The translations under genes were made by a program, and so were the position numbers. From positions 1 through 55,120 of the IMG/VR virus record IMGVR_UViG_3300037560_000072: a stretch of 55,120 bases of DNA. One strand, 5' to 3'. Source of the DNA: a virus (lineage: Duplodnaviria > Caudoviricetes). Below are positions 1 through 9,388 of the stretch, piece after piece (the stretch's first letter is position 1; each line of letters begins with the position of its first letter). Below the pieces are notes generated by a model. That model saw only the letters and a program-made list of their open reading frames with translations. It made no database searches and was not told where the DNA came from.

Positions 1-127
1 CCCTGTCCCTAAAGAAGTCATTCTCTCGCCAAGGTGACTTCACCGACTTCCGTGCGTTGACCGCCCCAACGCCGAAGTCCATCGTCCGCTTGGGGGAAGT
101 GGTCGGACCATACCTTAGTGACCCGAC
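1..127. repeat. Terminal direct repeat, identical to 54994-55120 (circular assembly overlap)
   Basis: Exact 127-bp match between the two ends. It lies inside the polymerase reading frame, which runs across the junction. Confidence 0.95.
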
Positions 128-2288
128 CCTTCCCCCTTTCCCCCGTTCCTGCCCAGTCTTTACCACCTACCACCCCATGGCGTGTGGACGCGACAAGAAC
201 TATGCTCCCTACGTCAGCTCCCACCTCAAGATGCTGAGTGACTACATAGATGGAGACCTCACCTACGAGATCAAGGGTGGCAGCCTCACTATCCAGACAG
301 CACCTCGCCCGCCGAGCTACCCACTTTCCCGGTTGAGCCTGGACATAGAAACGTATGGAATTCTCAAAGGACAGAACCAAACTCAGTTCCATCCTCTCAA
401 GTCCATGGTCCACGACGGTATCAAGAGAAAGGACCTGGTAGTGACTGTGGGCCTTACTTGGCCCAACGAAGAGGACGAACTGGAACACGCTATTTTTATT
501 ATGAACCGGGAGAGTCACCGGAGAAAGCTGTGGTCATGGCTGAAGAAGTGTTACGAAGCAGTATCGGACCTAACGGATGTCGGAGGGTTCGGGTACCTTG
601 GAGGACAGAACATCAAGTTCGATCTGATGTACCTACGCCACGCATACCCGGAGTGCAAGACATGGCTGAACTATCCCCTACCGATCGTAGACCTGATGGT
701 AACGAACTATCTGCTCAACGAAGGCAGACCAGAGAAGAGTCTGAAAGCTTTGGCACCATTACTGCGGATCACACAATACGATGGGGGCTTCACCCAGTAC
801 CCATCCCAGAACGATCCGGCTCTACATCAGTACAACTGTCAGGATACGGCAGCTACCCTCCTTTCTCAAACCAAATTAGAGAGTATGATCCAGACTCTAT
901 ACGGGAAGGACTCACCCAAGCTATCAGAGTTCAATCGCGAATGGTACACGAAGCTGCTGTGGTCAACCGTCTGGATGGAGGAGTCCGGGATAGCAATGAA
1001 TCAGCAGGCTCTAGAAGGGCTCTTGAAATCATACGAGGCACGGATGGTAAAGCTGGAGAGGGGAATCAAGAACCGATGGAACATCAGCCTCCGGGGGAAG
1101 GGCAGTGCAACGTACAAGAGGAAGATAATGGACGAGGCGTGCCAGACGTGTTTAGAGGTATCCCTCCCGATCCCGAAACTACAGAAGACCAACACGACGA
1201 GGGACATCTCATTCAAGGAGGAGAATCGGAACGCATTACTCGATGTACTTCCTGCAACAACAGATTCCTACAAGAAGTTACAGGCAGTGGGGCGTGTACA
1301 CACTGCGGGGGGGACCTTAGATAGATACTTGTATCCATTATTGGTGGGGAGGGGCAAAGGTCACAGCGACCCGACGACTCGCCTAATTAACGGCTTAGTT
1401 TACCCACGCTGGTATCCCGTTCCTTCGGAGTGGGAGGACGGGAGTGTGGGAGGAACCAAACAGTGTCGTATTGTGGCCAAAGGCCCCCCCTGCCAAACCT
1501 TTCCATCCCCAATCAAGAAGTGCATTACCTCTCGGTATGACTACCTCATTTGGTTTGACTACTCACAGATTGAACTCCGAATCGCTGCACTTCTCAGCAA
1601 CGATCCGTGGATGACGGAAGAATTCAGCAAGCCGGACTGTGATTTCCATTTAGGTGCTGCAACTAGGCTGTTCGGAGAGAAGGACGCAAAAAAGTTCCGG
1701 CAGGTTGCCAAGATTCTCAATTTTCTAGTAATTTACCTCGGCGGGGCTGGCCAGTATCAGACTACTCTTCTCCGTGAGAAGGGCATCGTCCGATCTCGCG
1801 GCCAGTGTCAGCAAGACATAAACGACTGGTGGAAGCAAGCTATTCGACTACACAAATGGCAGGAGGAACTCTACGAATTCGTCTGCACCCACGGCTACTT
1901 CCAGCTTCCCCTCGTTGGCCAGTCCCGCCTCTTTCTTGGTAACAGACGAGAAGTAAGAGACCAAATGAAAGAGATTGTGAACATGCCTGTGCAAGCGGTA
2001 GCAGCAAACGTAATGCTATCGGCACAGTTCGAGTTACAGTGGGCCTTCAAACAGAAACGAATGAAGTCCATCCTACCCATAAATGTATACGACGCAGCAG
2101 CCATTGAGTTTCCTAAACAGGAGCTGTACGCAGTACAGCATGAGATGAAAAGAATCCTGCCCGATCCGCCCTACTATCGGGCATTGTGCAAGGTTCTCGG
2201 ACGCAGGCTACCTCTGGCTTGTGAAGTAAAAGTTTACAGGGTGGACAAGAGCGGATTCAATACAAAAATTGAGAAGTATTCCGTTTGA
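1..2288 (+). CDS. polA: DNA polymerase family A with 3'-5' exonuclease; C-terminal part of a ~908-aa UDG-PolA fusion that starts at 54555
   Basis: ExoI DIET, ExoII GQNIKFD, ExoIII YNCQD; motif A DYSQIELR, motif B RQVAKILNFLVIY, motif C variant NVYDA. The frame is open back across the junction. Confidence 0.92.
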   Translation, partial: LSLKKSFSRQGDFTDFRALTAPTPKSIVRLGEVVGPYLSDPTLPPFPRSCPVFTTYHPMACGRDKNYAPYVSSHLKMLSDYIDGDLTYEIKGGSLTIQTAPRPPSYPLSRLSLDIETYGILKGQNQTQFHPLKSMVHDGIKRKDLVVTVGLTWPNEEDELEHAIFIMNRESHRRKLWSWLKKCYEAVSDLTDVGGFGYLGGQNIKFDLMYLRHAYPECKTWLNYPLPIVDLMVTNYLLNEGRPEKSLKALAPLLRITQYDGGFTQYPSQNDPALHQYNCQDTAATLLSQTKLESMIQTLYGKDSPKLSEFNREWYTKLLWSTVWMEESGIAMNQQALEGLLKSYEARMVKLERGIKNRWNISLRGKGSATYKRKIMDEACQTCLEVSLPIPKLQKTNTTRDISFKEENRNALLDVLPATTDSYKKLQAVGRVHTAGGTLDRYLYPLLVGRGKGHSDPTTRLINGLVYPRWYPVPSEWEDGSVGGTKQCRIVAKGPPCQTFPSPIKKCITSRYDYLIWFDYSQIELRIAALLSNDPWMTEEFSKPDCDFHLGAATRLFGEKDAKKFRQVAKILNFLVIYLGGAGQYQTTLLREKGIVRSRGQCQQDINDWWKQAIRLHKWQEELYEFVCTHGYFQLPLVGQSRLFLGNRREVRDQMKEIVNMPVQAVAANVMLSAQFELQWAFKQKRMKSILPINVYDAAAIEFPKQELYAVQHEMKRILPDPPYYRALCKVLGRRLPLACEVKVYRVDKSGFNTKIEKYSV

Positions 2289-2313
2289 CTTCGGCACCGA
2301 ACTGGCCTAAAAT
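2285..2313 (+). promoter_or_regulatory. sigma70-type promoter
   Basis: TTGACT-N17-TAAAAT, followed by a GGAG SD and ATG at 2326. Confidence 0.75.
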
Positions 2314-2325
2314 GGAGAAGAACAC

Positions 2326-2715
2326 ATGCAAGAAGTACGAAAAGCATCAACAAGGCGGTTACGAGTTTACATTGCTGGACCTATAACCAACGGCGGCAAG
2401 GGCTATGACATGAAGTCAATCCACGAGGCCACCAAGGTCCACCTTCGGCTCATCGAACTCGGCTTTGTCTCTCACTGTCCACAGTTGACAGTGTTCTGTG
2501 ACTTCATGGCTCCTAACCGGATACCCTACGGCGTGTGGCTTGACTTGGACCAGTGCTACATTGATGACTGTGATGTTATCCTGCGTCTACCGGGAGAGTC
2601 AAGGGGGGCAGACCGGGAGTGTCAATACGCCGAGTCCATCGGCATTCCAGTTCTCGATGGTCTAGGTAATTTCCTGGCCGAGTACAAAGACTGTTACGGA
2701 AAGGTACCAGTATGA
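2326..2715 (+). CDS. Nucleoside 2-deoxyribosyltransferase-like / DUF4406-type protein
   Basis: VYIAGPIT N-terminus and D..CD.ILRLPGESRGADRE..YA..IGIPV signature. Confidence 0.75.
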   Translation: MQEVRKASTRRLRVYIAGPITNGGKGYDMKSIHEATKVHLRLIELGFVSHCPQLTVFCDFMAPNRIPYGVWLDLDQCYIDDCDVILRLPGESRGADRECQYAESIGIPVLDGLGNFLAEYKDCYGKVPV

Positions 2716-3470
2716 AACGTCTTGTCCGAATAACCCTGCCGGATGTTCACTTTCCATTCCAAGATGATAATCTTCTCAATGCTTGGGCCAATCATGCCGC
2801 CCAACTAAAGCCAGATGGAGTTGACATCTTGGGGGACCTGCTAGACTGCTACGCACTCTCCCGGTTTGACAGGAATCCGAATCGTATAGGAACGTTCCAA
2901 GAAGAGCTGGATCAAGCTAAGGAGTTTCTTGCATTCATACGGGACGTGGTTGGTGATGACTGTGACATCCGAGAGTCTGAGGGTAACCACGAGCACCGAT
3001 TTACCAAAGTCATGTGGAACAAGGCACCTGCACTGGCAACCATTAGAAACCTTACCATTCCTGAACTTCTTGGCCTAAAAAAACTGGGAATCAAGTGGCA
3101 CAGCATTCAAAATCCATACAAAATTCGTGATCTCTGGTACACACACGGTGACATACTACGCAAGCACGCAGGCATGTCGGCCCGTGCTAAGTCAGAGGCA
3201 ATTCACGGATCAGTTATGGTGGGCCACTCCCACCGGGAGGGTTGGTCTCCTTACACAACGTGGGAGGGCATCGAACAGGCTTACGATGCTGGTCATGTAA
3301 GCGATTACACTCAGCTTGACTACGTCCACACCACTCCCAACTGGCAGCAAGGCTGGCCCGTAGTAGAGTTCCTGCCCGAAGGCGTACATGATGTCAGTTT
3401 CGCTCGTGTACACAACGTAGGCAAGAAGAGGATCGTAGTCTACAAGGGTGAGGTCATTGCAAAGCTATGA
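2712..3470 (+). CDS. Calcineurin-like metallophosphoesterase
   Basis: DVH, GDLLD, GNHE, THG and GHSH motifs. Confidence 0.88.
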   Translation: MKRLVRITLPDVHFPFQDDNLLNAWANHAAQLKPDGVDILGDLLDCYALSRFDRNPNRIGTFQEELDQAKEFLAFIRDVVGDDCDIRESEGNHEHRFTKVMWNKAPALATIRNLTIPELLGLKKLGIKWHSIQNPYKIRDLWYTHGDILRKHAGMSARAKSEAIHGSVMVGHSHREGWSPYTTWEGIEQAYDAGHVSDYTQLDYVHTTPNWQQGWPVVEFLPEGVHDVSFARVHNVGKKRIVVYKGEVIAKL

Positions 3471-3631
3471 GAGAAGAAAAACCAACACCAAAACCAAAGC
3501 TGTGTCCCCATTGCAACAAAGAAAAGGAACTCGTTTGGACTACTGATCCGTACCAAGAAGACATCAACAACATCAGGGTATGGAACTGGTTTTGTGAAGA
3601 CTGCTATCACGACTTTGTAATGGAGATTTAG
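3467..3631 (+). CDS. Small Zn-finger protein (54 aa, not in the ORF track)
   Basis: ATGA overlap with the upstream stop; CPHC...CEDC. Confidence 0.55.
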   Translation: MREEKPTPKPKLCPHCNKEKELVWTTDPYQEDINNIRVWNWFCEDCYHDFVMEI

Positions 3632-3632
3632 T

Positions 3633-3845
3633 ATGTCCAAGGGAGACACCCCACGACCGACTAACAAGGAGAAATATAATGAGTCGTTCGAGCACATATT
3701 TGGCCGGAAAGAAATCAAGACATGGAACCCAGACGGAGAGGAAGAGAATGAGAACGGCCTTCATTCTCCAGACCAGAACGGAGAAGGTAGCGTGCCTGGT
3801 AGCATCCAAACTCAAGACCCTGGTAATAGAAGAGGTAGCCAATGA
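3633..3845 (+). CDS. Hypothetical protein
   Basis: SD GGAG; tightly packed; MSKGD.PRP...Y..F..IFG is a common small phage-protein pattern. Confidence 0.55.
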   Translation: MSKGDTPRPTNKEKYNESFEHIFGRKEIKTWNPDGEEENENGLHSPDQNGEGSVPGSIQTQDPGNRRGSQ

Positions 3846-4072
3846 ACTCAACCGTAGAGGAATTAACAATAGCCCTGTGGAAGGTGGAGAATCAGATCAG
3901 CAAGCTGACGGACAAGTACCTGTCAACGAACCTAGCAGCGAAGACTTTCATGACCAATCAGACACCCCTCCTGATGCAGAGGAGCGTCCTGATAGCCAAG
4001 ATCAAAGTCCTAAGCGTCCCCTCCCCAGATGTGCCGGATGCGGAGCAGCCCCATTCTTCTGCAACTGTATGA
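3842..4072 (+). CDS. Hypothetical protein
   Basis: ATGA overlap with the previous ORF; SD GAGG. Confidence 0.5.
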   Translation: MNSTVEELTIALWKVENQISKLTDKYLSTNLAAKTFMTNQTPLLMQRSVLIAKIKVLSVPSPDVPDAEQPHSSATV

Positions 4073-4086
4073 GTAGCGTATAAACT

Positions 4087-4605
4087 ATGATTCCAAACCA
4101 GATAACAGTACTGATTGACAGCCGGGAGCGTCAGCCTCTTCTCTTTCCCTCATGGATCGAGTGGCACGGTGACCGCACCCTTGAGGCCAGACAGATACAG
4201 GTCCTTGCTAAAGTCGTTACTCTTCCGGCCGGTGACTACACGCTGGAGGGCTACGAAGGCATCTGTATCATTGAGACCAAGAGATCCCTTCGTGAGCTGT
4301 TCAACAACGTCTGTACCGAGTGGCCCCGAGCAGCTAAGGCCCTACACAGACTATCCAAAGCCTGTAAGTATCCCTACGTAGTGTGGGAAATGAGCTGCTC
4401 CGACCTGATGCGTAAGTCCAAACACGTACAGGACCCCCCGCTGGCAATTGATAGGTGGTTGCAAGCCTGCACCCGACTAAATCTGCGACTCATGTGGGTA
4501 GGCTCCCACAGTCAGCCGGGTCCTCGACGTAAGTTAGGCGAACAACTGGTCCGGCTCATGCTAGCCCATATAGAAACAGAGGAGGCAGAGAATGCACTAT
4601 CCTGA
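4087..4605 (+). CDS. ERCC4-domain nuclease (probable resolvase)
   Basis: IDSRE...LPAGDY...IETKRS pattern. Confidence 0.8.
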   Translation: MIPNQITVLIDSRERQPLLFPSWIEWHGDRTLEARQIQVLAKVVTLPAGDYTLEGYEGICIIETKRSLRELFNNVCTEWPRAAKALHRLSKACKYPYVVWEMSCSDLMRKSKHVQDPPLAIDRWLQACTRLNLRLMWVGSHSQPGPRRKLGEQLVRLMLAHIETEEAENALS

Positions 4606-5341
4606 TGGTAGCTATGACCTAAAACAGAGTGACACCAAGCAGACGTTCTCGACGGGTGCCCAACGTGACACCCAGGAATCCAAGTCCAGGATTGATCTCA
4701 TTAGTCCCGTATTCTTGGAGCGACTGGGCATGGTCCTCACCAAGGGGGCCGAGCACTACGGTGAGAGAAACTGGGAGAAGGGGGTGCCACTCTCCCGGTT
4801 ACTGGCATCTACTGCTAGGCACCTGAACCAAACTATTGATGGACTGGAAGACGAGGACCACCCAGCACAGGCAGCGTGGAACCTCATGGCCTACATCCAC
4901 ACGCTGCACAGGATTAAAGCAGGAACTCTCCCGGTAGAGCTGGATGATATGCCGCAAGAAAAAAACTTGGAGCAGGAAGTTGGCCCTCAAATTAAATGCG
5001 GGCGGGAAAAATGTGAGGCGTGTCATCCACACCCCGAGCCGTCTATGCTTGTACCTGTAAAAACCTTGCTGTGTCCATGGTGCAACAAGACGAAGGACTG
5101 GAACCTCTTTAAGAACATAGAACTCAAAGTAGAAATCTGCAACGGCTGCTACTGGAAAGGAGCCCACGAAAAAAATCTGTCAGCGGACTTGACTTCTGAC
5201 AAAAAGGAGCCTACAGTTGGGTATAGACCGGAACGCCTCTTACTTATGTGTACCTACTGCGGATTTAAGTTTGATGTAGAATTTGGGCAAACTGCGTCAG
5301 TCATACACTGCCCCCGATGTATAAGGAAACTACACTCGTGA
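4592..5341 (+). CDS. dATP/dGTP diphosphohydrolase-like (DUF5664) with C-terminal Cys/Zn-ribbon extensions
   Basis: FSTGAQRD...K.RIDLI...VLTKGAEHYGERNWEKG...S..RHL...EDH.A.AAWN; several CxxC pairs at the C-terminus. Confidence 0.8.
   Translation: MHYPDGSYDLKQSDTKQTFSTGAQRDTQESKSRIDLISPVFLERLGMVLTKGAEHYGERNWEKGVPLSRLLASTARHLNQTIDGLEDEDHPAQAAWNLMAYIHTLHRIKAGTLPVELDDMPQEKNLEQEVGPQIKCGREKCEACHPHPEPSMLVPVKTLLCPWCNKTKDWNLFKNIELKVEICNGCYWKGAHEKNLSADLTSDKKEPTVGYRPERLLLMCTYCGFKFDVEFGQTASVIHCPRCIRKLHS
5189..5217 (+). promoter_or_regulatory. sigma70-type promoter
   Basis: TTGACT-N17-TACAGT upstream of the exonuclease gene. Confidence 0.55.
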
Positions 5342-6525
5342 GAACTACTGAATTCGTACTACCGGAGCATGACTCGTCCATCCGACTCGGAGTGAAGGAC
5401 TGCAAGGATGCACACCCCCATGCTGATAGTAAGTTTGGGTGTAACATGCCTCGATCTCTTGACGAGTTCTTCAAGGACATTCGGATAGCTCCCATCAGGT
5501 CGTCTGGTATGCACGACTTCGAGCACTGTCCTCGCAAGTTCCTCTACCGATACAAGCTGGGCATCAAGCCACGTAACTATCAGCCCGCCCTACACATTGG
5601 CACTGTACTCCACTTGGTTCTCCAGTCCATGTTCATGGGCAAGTCCCAAGAGGAATCTCTCGACGCAGCCAAGCAGTACTTCCACCGATTCTGCAACAAG
5701 ATCCTAGCCTCTGCTGATGAGGTTGGGTTCACACCGGGAGGCAAGTCAGTTGAGGGAGTCATTAAGTCTGCCAATGATGACTACCATAAGGCCAGGGCCA
5801 TGGCAATATCTTTCATGTCCTTCAAGCCTTTTGACTGGAGCAAGTGGGAACTCCTCCACACTCCAGATGGTGTTCCCTGTGTCGAGCTGCTTCTGGAGGC
5901 CAAGGTCAGTGGCATCCCAGTTCCCATCATTTCTCCGATGGACCTGGCCCTGCTCCGAAAGGGCACTAAGGATGTCTTCATTGTAGACCACAAGAGTACC
6001 AGTGCCGATACCTTAGCCCGTGCCAAGTCTATCAAGATTAGTTCACAGATAGCCCTATACCGCTTGGTACTACAGTGCCACCTAGATGCTTGGGCTGAGG
6101 AGGACGAGAAGTATCAAGGACTACGTGTCGTTGGATCAATCCACAACATTGTCAAGAGGCCTACGATCAAGTACTGTAAGAAGGACGCTTCCTTTGAGGC
6201 CTACATTGACAGGGTCATTGAGTGGTACAAAGAGAAGCATGAGGAGGACCCCGAACACTCGCCCATCCTTCAACCAGAGACACGCTTCACCGAGCCCACC
6301 CTTACTAAGGAACTGTTCATGCGTCTCCGTCAGCAGGCTCGGGCAGCCCGTGCAGCTCCCAGCCTAGACAGGTTCTACCGAGCGGGTGACTATGCCTGCC
6401 ACAAGTTCAACTCGGTCTGTTCCTACGCCGACCTGTGTGACAGTAACCCAGTTATGTGGCCAGACATCGTTCGTACCAGATTTGACATTGAATTCAGAGA
6501 GGATGAGGAGAAAGAAAATGACTAA
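5317..6525 (+). CDS. PD-(D/E)XK exonuclease, Cas4/RecB-like
   Basis: CPRK..Y, GT.LH, E...D...VDHKS, Q..LY and a C-terminal Cys triad typical of Fe-S-containing Cas4-like nucleases. Confidence 0.85.
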   Translation: MYKETTLVRTTEFVLPEHDSSIRLGVKDCKDAHPHADSKFGCNMPRSLDEFFKDIRIAPIRSSGMHDFEHCPRKFLYRYKLGIKPRNYQPALHIGTVLHLVLQSMFMGKSQEESLDAAKQYFHRFCNKILASADEVGFTPGGKSVEGVIKSANDDYHKARAMAISFMSFKPFDWSKWELLHTPDGVPCVELLLEAKVSGIPVPIISPMDLALLRKGTKDVFIVDHKSTSADTLARAKSIKISSQIALYRLVLQCHLDAWAEEDEKYQGLRVVGSIHNIVKRPTIKYCKKDASFEAYIDRVIEWYKEKHEEDPEHSPILQPETRFTEPTLTKELFMRLRQQARAARAAPSLDRFYRAGDYACHKFNSVCSYADLCDSNPVMWPDIVRTRFDIEFREDEEKEND

Positions 6526-6709
6526 CAAAGAACTTCGGGAAATACTTCTGGGTTATCCAGACAATTGTCCAGTAAGATTCTTCAACAGAGACGAAACCGA
6601 AGGCTCTCCCTTCTATGAGATTAAAACGGCAGAGTACACACAAGTAAATAACGAGACAATTATGAGCTGCGTACTAACTGACGATCCAGAAGGAGTTACA
6701 CAACGATGA
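6518..6709 (+). CDS. Hypothetical protein (63 aa)
   Basis: MTNKELREIL..YPD start after SD GGAG. Confidence 0.55.
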   Translation: MTNKELREILLGYPDNCPVRFFNRDETEGSPFYEIKTAEYTQVNNETIMSCVLTDDPEGVTQR

Positions 6710-6820
6710 CTAGATGTAGCTACTGTGATAGAGAGACTGTCCTAGATGATAGAGTCCAACTGGACGAACCGGGAGAGTTTCTGTGTTTCATCTGCAACGA
6801 AGAGTTGATGGAGGAGTTAG

Positions 6821-7723
6821 ATGACTTCACAAGTAATAACTAGCCCCATCCCGAGTGACCTAGCTGACATCCCCGGAATCGTTACTGGCTTCCGTCCTGT
6901 CCCTGTAAACCGTGGTCGCTATGTACTCTGTGGAAGGGGAGGTTGTGGTAAGAGTACTCTCCTACACAGCAACCCCAAGGCTTTCATCCTTGATCCCGAA
7001 GAGGGCGGGAATACAGTCGATGATCCCAAGGCCATCTGCTACGCTCCCGACCCCGATCAGGTTCCAGAAGGAAGCTACGCAGAAGCCTACATGGACGTGG
7101 CAGACAGGATCATAACCCGATACAAGCAAGGCAAGAGGGAGTTTGAACTACTTGGAATAGATACTCTCGATGAACTAATTGAGGTATTCCTTGTAGACTT
7201 CTGCCGCAAGCACAAGCTGGAAGATCCTCTCGACTACAAGAGTGGAGAAGGTAATGCCTACAGTATAGTCAGGCGAGACATCTTCCGCATACTGGACCGT
7301 GCTCACCGAGCTGGCATGGGGTGGGTTCTCCTCTGTCACGTCACACCCAAGACCATCAGACAGGCAGGTGAAGAGCGAGTGGTGCAGTCCCTTGCAGTAT
7401 CGGATTCCTTCCGTAACGCAGTGTTCCGCAAGTGTGAGCACATGATGTTCATGGACTACTTTACAAAGAACATCAAGGGGCCTCTCATTAAGAAGGTCAT
7501 TAAAGGCAAGACAGTATCTATCCCCGGAGAGATGAAGCAGGAGATATGGAGAGTCCTGAAGACCAAGCCGGGTGGTCTCTGGAAAGGTGAATCAACTAGT
7601 GATGTAAAAGTTCGGGTTCCGTTTCCCGATTCCACTGAAATCCCACGCCTCGGAGGATGGAACGTGGTAACCAAAGCCTACGACGAGGCAGTCAAAACCC
7701 TTACCCAAGGAGTAACGACATGA
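6821..7723 (+). CDS. AAA_24 / Sak4-like P-loop ATPase (recombinase)
   Basis: Walker A GRGGCGKST, D.E.G, Walker B IDTLDE; next to the exonuclease and SSB-like genes. Confidence 0.8.
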   Translation: MTSQVITSPIPSDLADIPGIVTGFRPVPVNRGRYVLCGRGGCGKSTLLHSNPKAFILDPEEGGNTVDDPKAICYAPDPDQVPEGSYAEAYMDVADRIITRYKQGKREFELLGIDTLDELIEVFLVDFCRKHKLEDPLDYKSGEGNAYSIVRRDIFRILDRAHRAGMGWVLLCHVTPKTIRQAGEERVVQSLAVSDSFRNAVFRKCEHMMFMDYFTKNIKGPLIKKVIKGKTVSIPGEMKQEIWRVLKTKPGGLWKGESTSDVKVRVPFPDSTEIPRLGGWNVVTKAYDEAVKTLTQGVTT

Positions 7724-8229
7724 GTGATGTAGATGCTGGATTTTTGGAGGTCCTCGCAGGTTGTGAGGGTGCCGAGGGCGAGGTAGACTATACCGACGAT
7801 GGGTGGAAACCCGCTGACGGCGAGTACACTGTGCTCTTGGAGAAGTTTACCGCAAACACCGTAGACAAGAACGGAGTTGTATGTGCCATGGCAAAGGCCA
7901 TCTTCCGAATCCTTGGCACCGAAGAGTTCGATGGCAGGTCCTTTAGTGAGCTATTTTGGCTCCCCGGACACTCTGCGAAGACGGGTATGGGTCAAGCCAA
8001 CATGCTTCGGCTTGCCGCCTGTCTCGGTGGCCGCGAACTCCAGGTCTCTGAGACCAGGGAAGCCGCCGAAACGATCAACTCAAATGCTGGCTGTGCCATC
8101 CTTAACGTGCGTGTCTTCACTACCAAGAGTAAGAAGAACGCCAAGACCTACACCAACACTCGGTTCCTGGGTCTGGTGGACGACGCCGGTACGGATGCCG
8201 CTGTGGAAACTGAGGAGGCAACTGCGTAG
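7720..8229 (+). CDS. Putative ssDNA-binding protein (DUF669-like); start refined to 7720
   Basis: P.DGEY.V motif, acidic C-terminal tail, position after Sak4, SD GGAG. Confidence 0.6.
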   Translation: MSDVDAGFLEVLAGCEGAEGEVDYTDDGWKPADGEYTVLLEKFTANTVDKNGVVCAMAKAIFRILGTEEFDGRSFSELFWLPGHSAKTGMGQANMLRLAACLGGRELQVSETREAAETINSNAGCAILNVRVFTTKSKKNAKTYTNTRFLGLVDDAGTDAAVETEEATA

Positions 8230-8246
8230 ACTTTAACCGGGAGAGT

Positions 8247-8292
8247 AGAGGGGGACCGCTCTGGCTGGTCCAGATGTCCCCCTCTCATTTTT
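8247..8292 (+). terminator. Intrinsic terminator
   Basis: AGAGGGGGAC / GTCCCCCTCT stem followed by CATTTTT. Confidence 0.7.
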
Positions 8293-8302
8293 GGAGTAAG
8301 AC

Positions 8303-8776
8303 ATGGCTGATCCACAACGAACAGTATGCACCGCAAGCGTATGGCCTCACCGCCACACCAACGAACTGACTGGCCCGCTGGACGTCAAGATCAGCTACAA
8401 AAACCAGCCACCCATCGTGCGGACCTGGGCTAAGATGAAGTCAGCTTGGATCTACCTAGAACAGCCAGATGAACGGACTAATCTCACAATTATAAGGCTA
8501 TCCTTTGGACACAACCCTGACCCAGGCTATCGGATCAACCAGTGCCGCGTTGGAAAAGATGATACTCTGAAGCTCTATATCAAAGCCAGGATTACCAACA
8601 AGATGGAGCACCCAATTCCGCGTGGCCGGTGGCAAGGAACCTGTCAGTATACTGATGAGTGGTGTGTATTTACATTCCAAGCTATGACCATGAAGGTGAA
8701 GCCCAAGTATGAACCCAAGATCGTTCTACCGGACGGATCTCTCCCGGTTAAGAAAACTAGGATTGTAATACCATGA
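8303..8776 (+). CDS. Hypothetical protein
   Basis: 157-aa ORF with SD GGAG. Confidence 0.6.
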   Translation: MADPQRTVCTASVWPHRHTNELTGPLDVKISYKNQPPIVRTWAKMKSAWIYLEQPDERTNLTIIRLSFGHNPDPGYRINQCRVGKDDTLKLYIKARITNKMEHPIPRGRWQGTCQYTDEWCVFTFQAMTMKVKPKYEPKIVLPDGSLPVKKTRIVIP

Positions 8777-8964
8777 GTCTCATACCCACAGTCGAGGAAG
8801 ACCTACAACATGATGACTTGTGTTGGCAGTGCGGCTGTGAATCTGCCGACTGTATTTGCCACGAGAGTTTACCAGACGACTTTGATCCTCTGGACGAAGA
8901 CGGATATGATCCAGATTGGGATGACTATGTTGATGACCTTGGACCTAGCCCGAAAGATATGTGA
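8773..8964 (+). CDS. Small acidic Cys-rich protein
   Basis: ATGA overlap; CWQCGC...CIC. Confidence 0.45.
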   Translation: MSLIPTVEEDLQHDDLCWQCGCESADCICHESLPDDFDPLDEDGYDPDWDDYVDDLGPSPKDM

Positions 8965-9043
8965 CACCGCAGAACCATTCATCAAAAGTACAATGAAGAG
9001 ACTAGCGGAAGAGGAAGCACGAATCTTTTATGGAGAAACAGAA

Positions 9044-9388
9044 ATGTGTAATACATTATGCCCAGAGTGTGCCCAAGAAGAGGGTGCGTGTCTTTGTAAA
9101 GAGGTAATCAAAACTCCTATACCTCTTGGTAAGAGAGTACTGCTAGTAAAGGCTGACGCTGCGGAGGAGAGTAAGGGTGGAATCATACTTCCCTCCGACT
9201 CACGGGAGCAGCCCCTTGAAGCACGGGTAGTTGCAGTGGGACACGAAGTAACCCAGGTTGCCAAGGACGACATGGTTATCTTTGCTGCCTTTGCTGGTAC
9301 CACGTTTACCATTGGTGACCGGGATGTAATCGTATTGGACGAAGAGGACATCATGCTAGTCCTCCGGGAGGTGAAAAGTGACGACTAA
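9044..9388 (+). CDS. groES: Co-chaperonin GroES (start refined to 9044)
   Basis: PLGKRVLL...EESKGGIILP...VVAVG...D.V.F..FAGT...EEDI. Confidence 0.9.
   Translation: MCNTLCPECAQEEGACLCKEVIKTPIPLGKRVLLVKADAAEESKGGIILPSDSREQPLEARVVAVGHEVTQVAKDDMVIFAAFAGTTFTIGDRDVIVLDEEDIMLVLREVKSDD

Noticed and set aside
458-1324. 288-aa alternate-frame ORF inside polA, and the many antisense ORFs over structural genes
   Set aside because: No recognisable motifs or translation signals; consistent with shadow ORFs of a coding strand.
5317-6525. Cas4 as evidence of a CRISPR-Cas system
   Set aside because: No array or other cas genes; the Sak4 plus SSB context indicates a recombination exonuclease.
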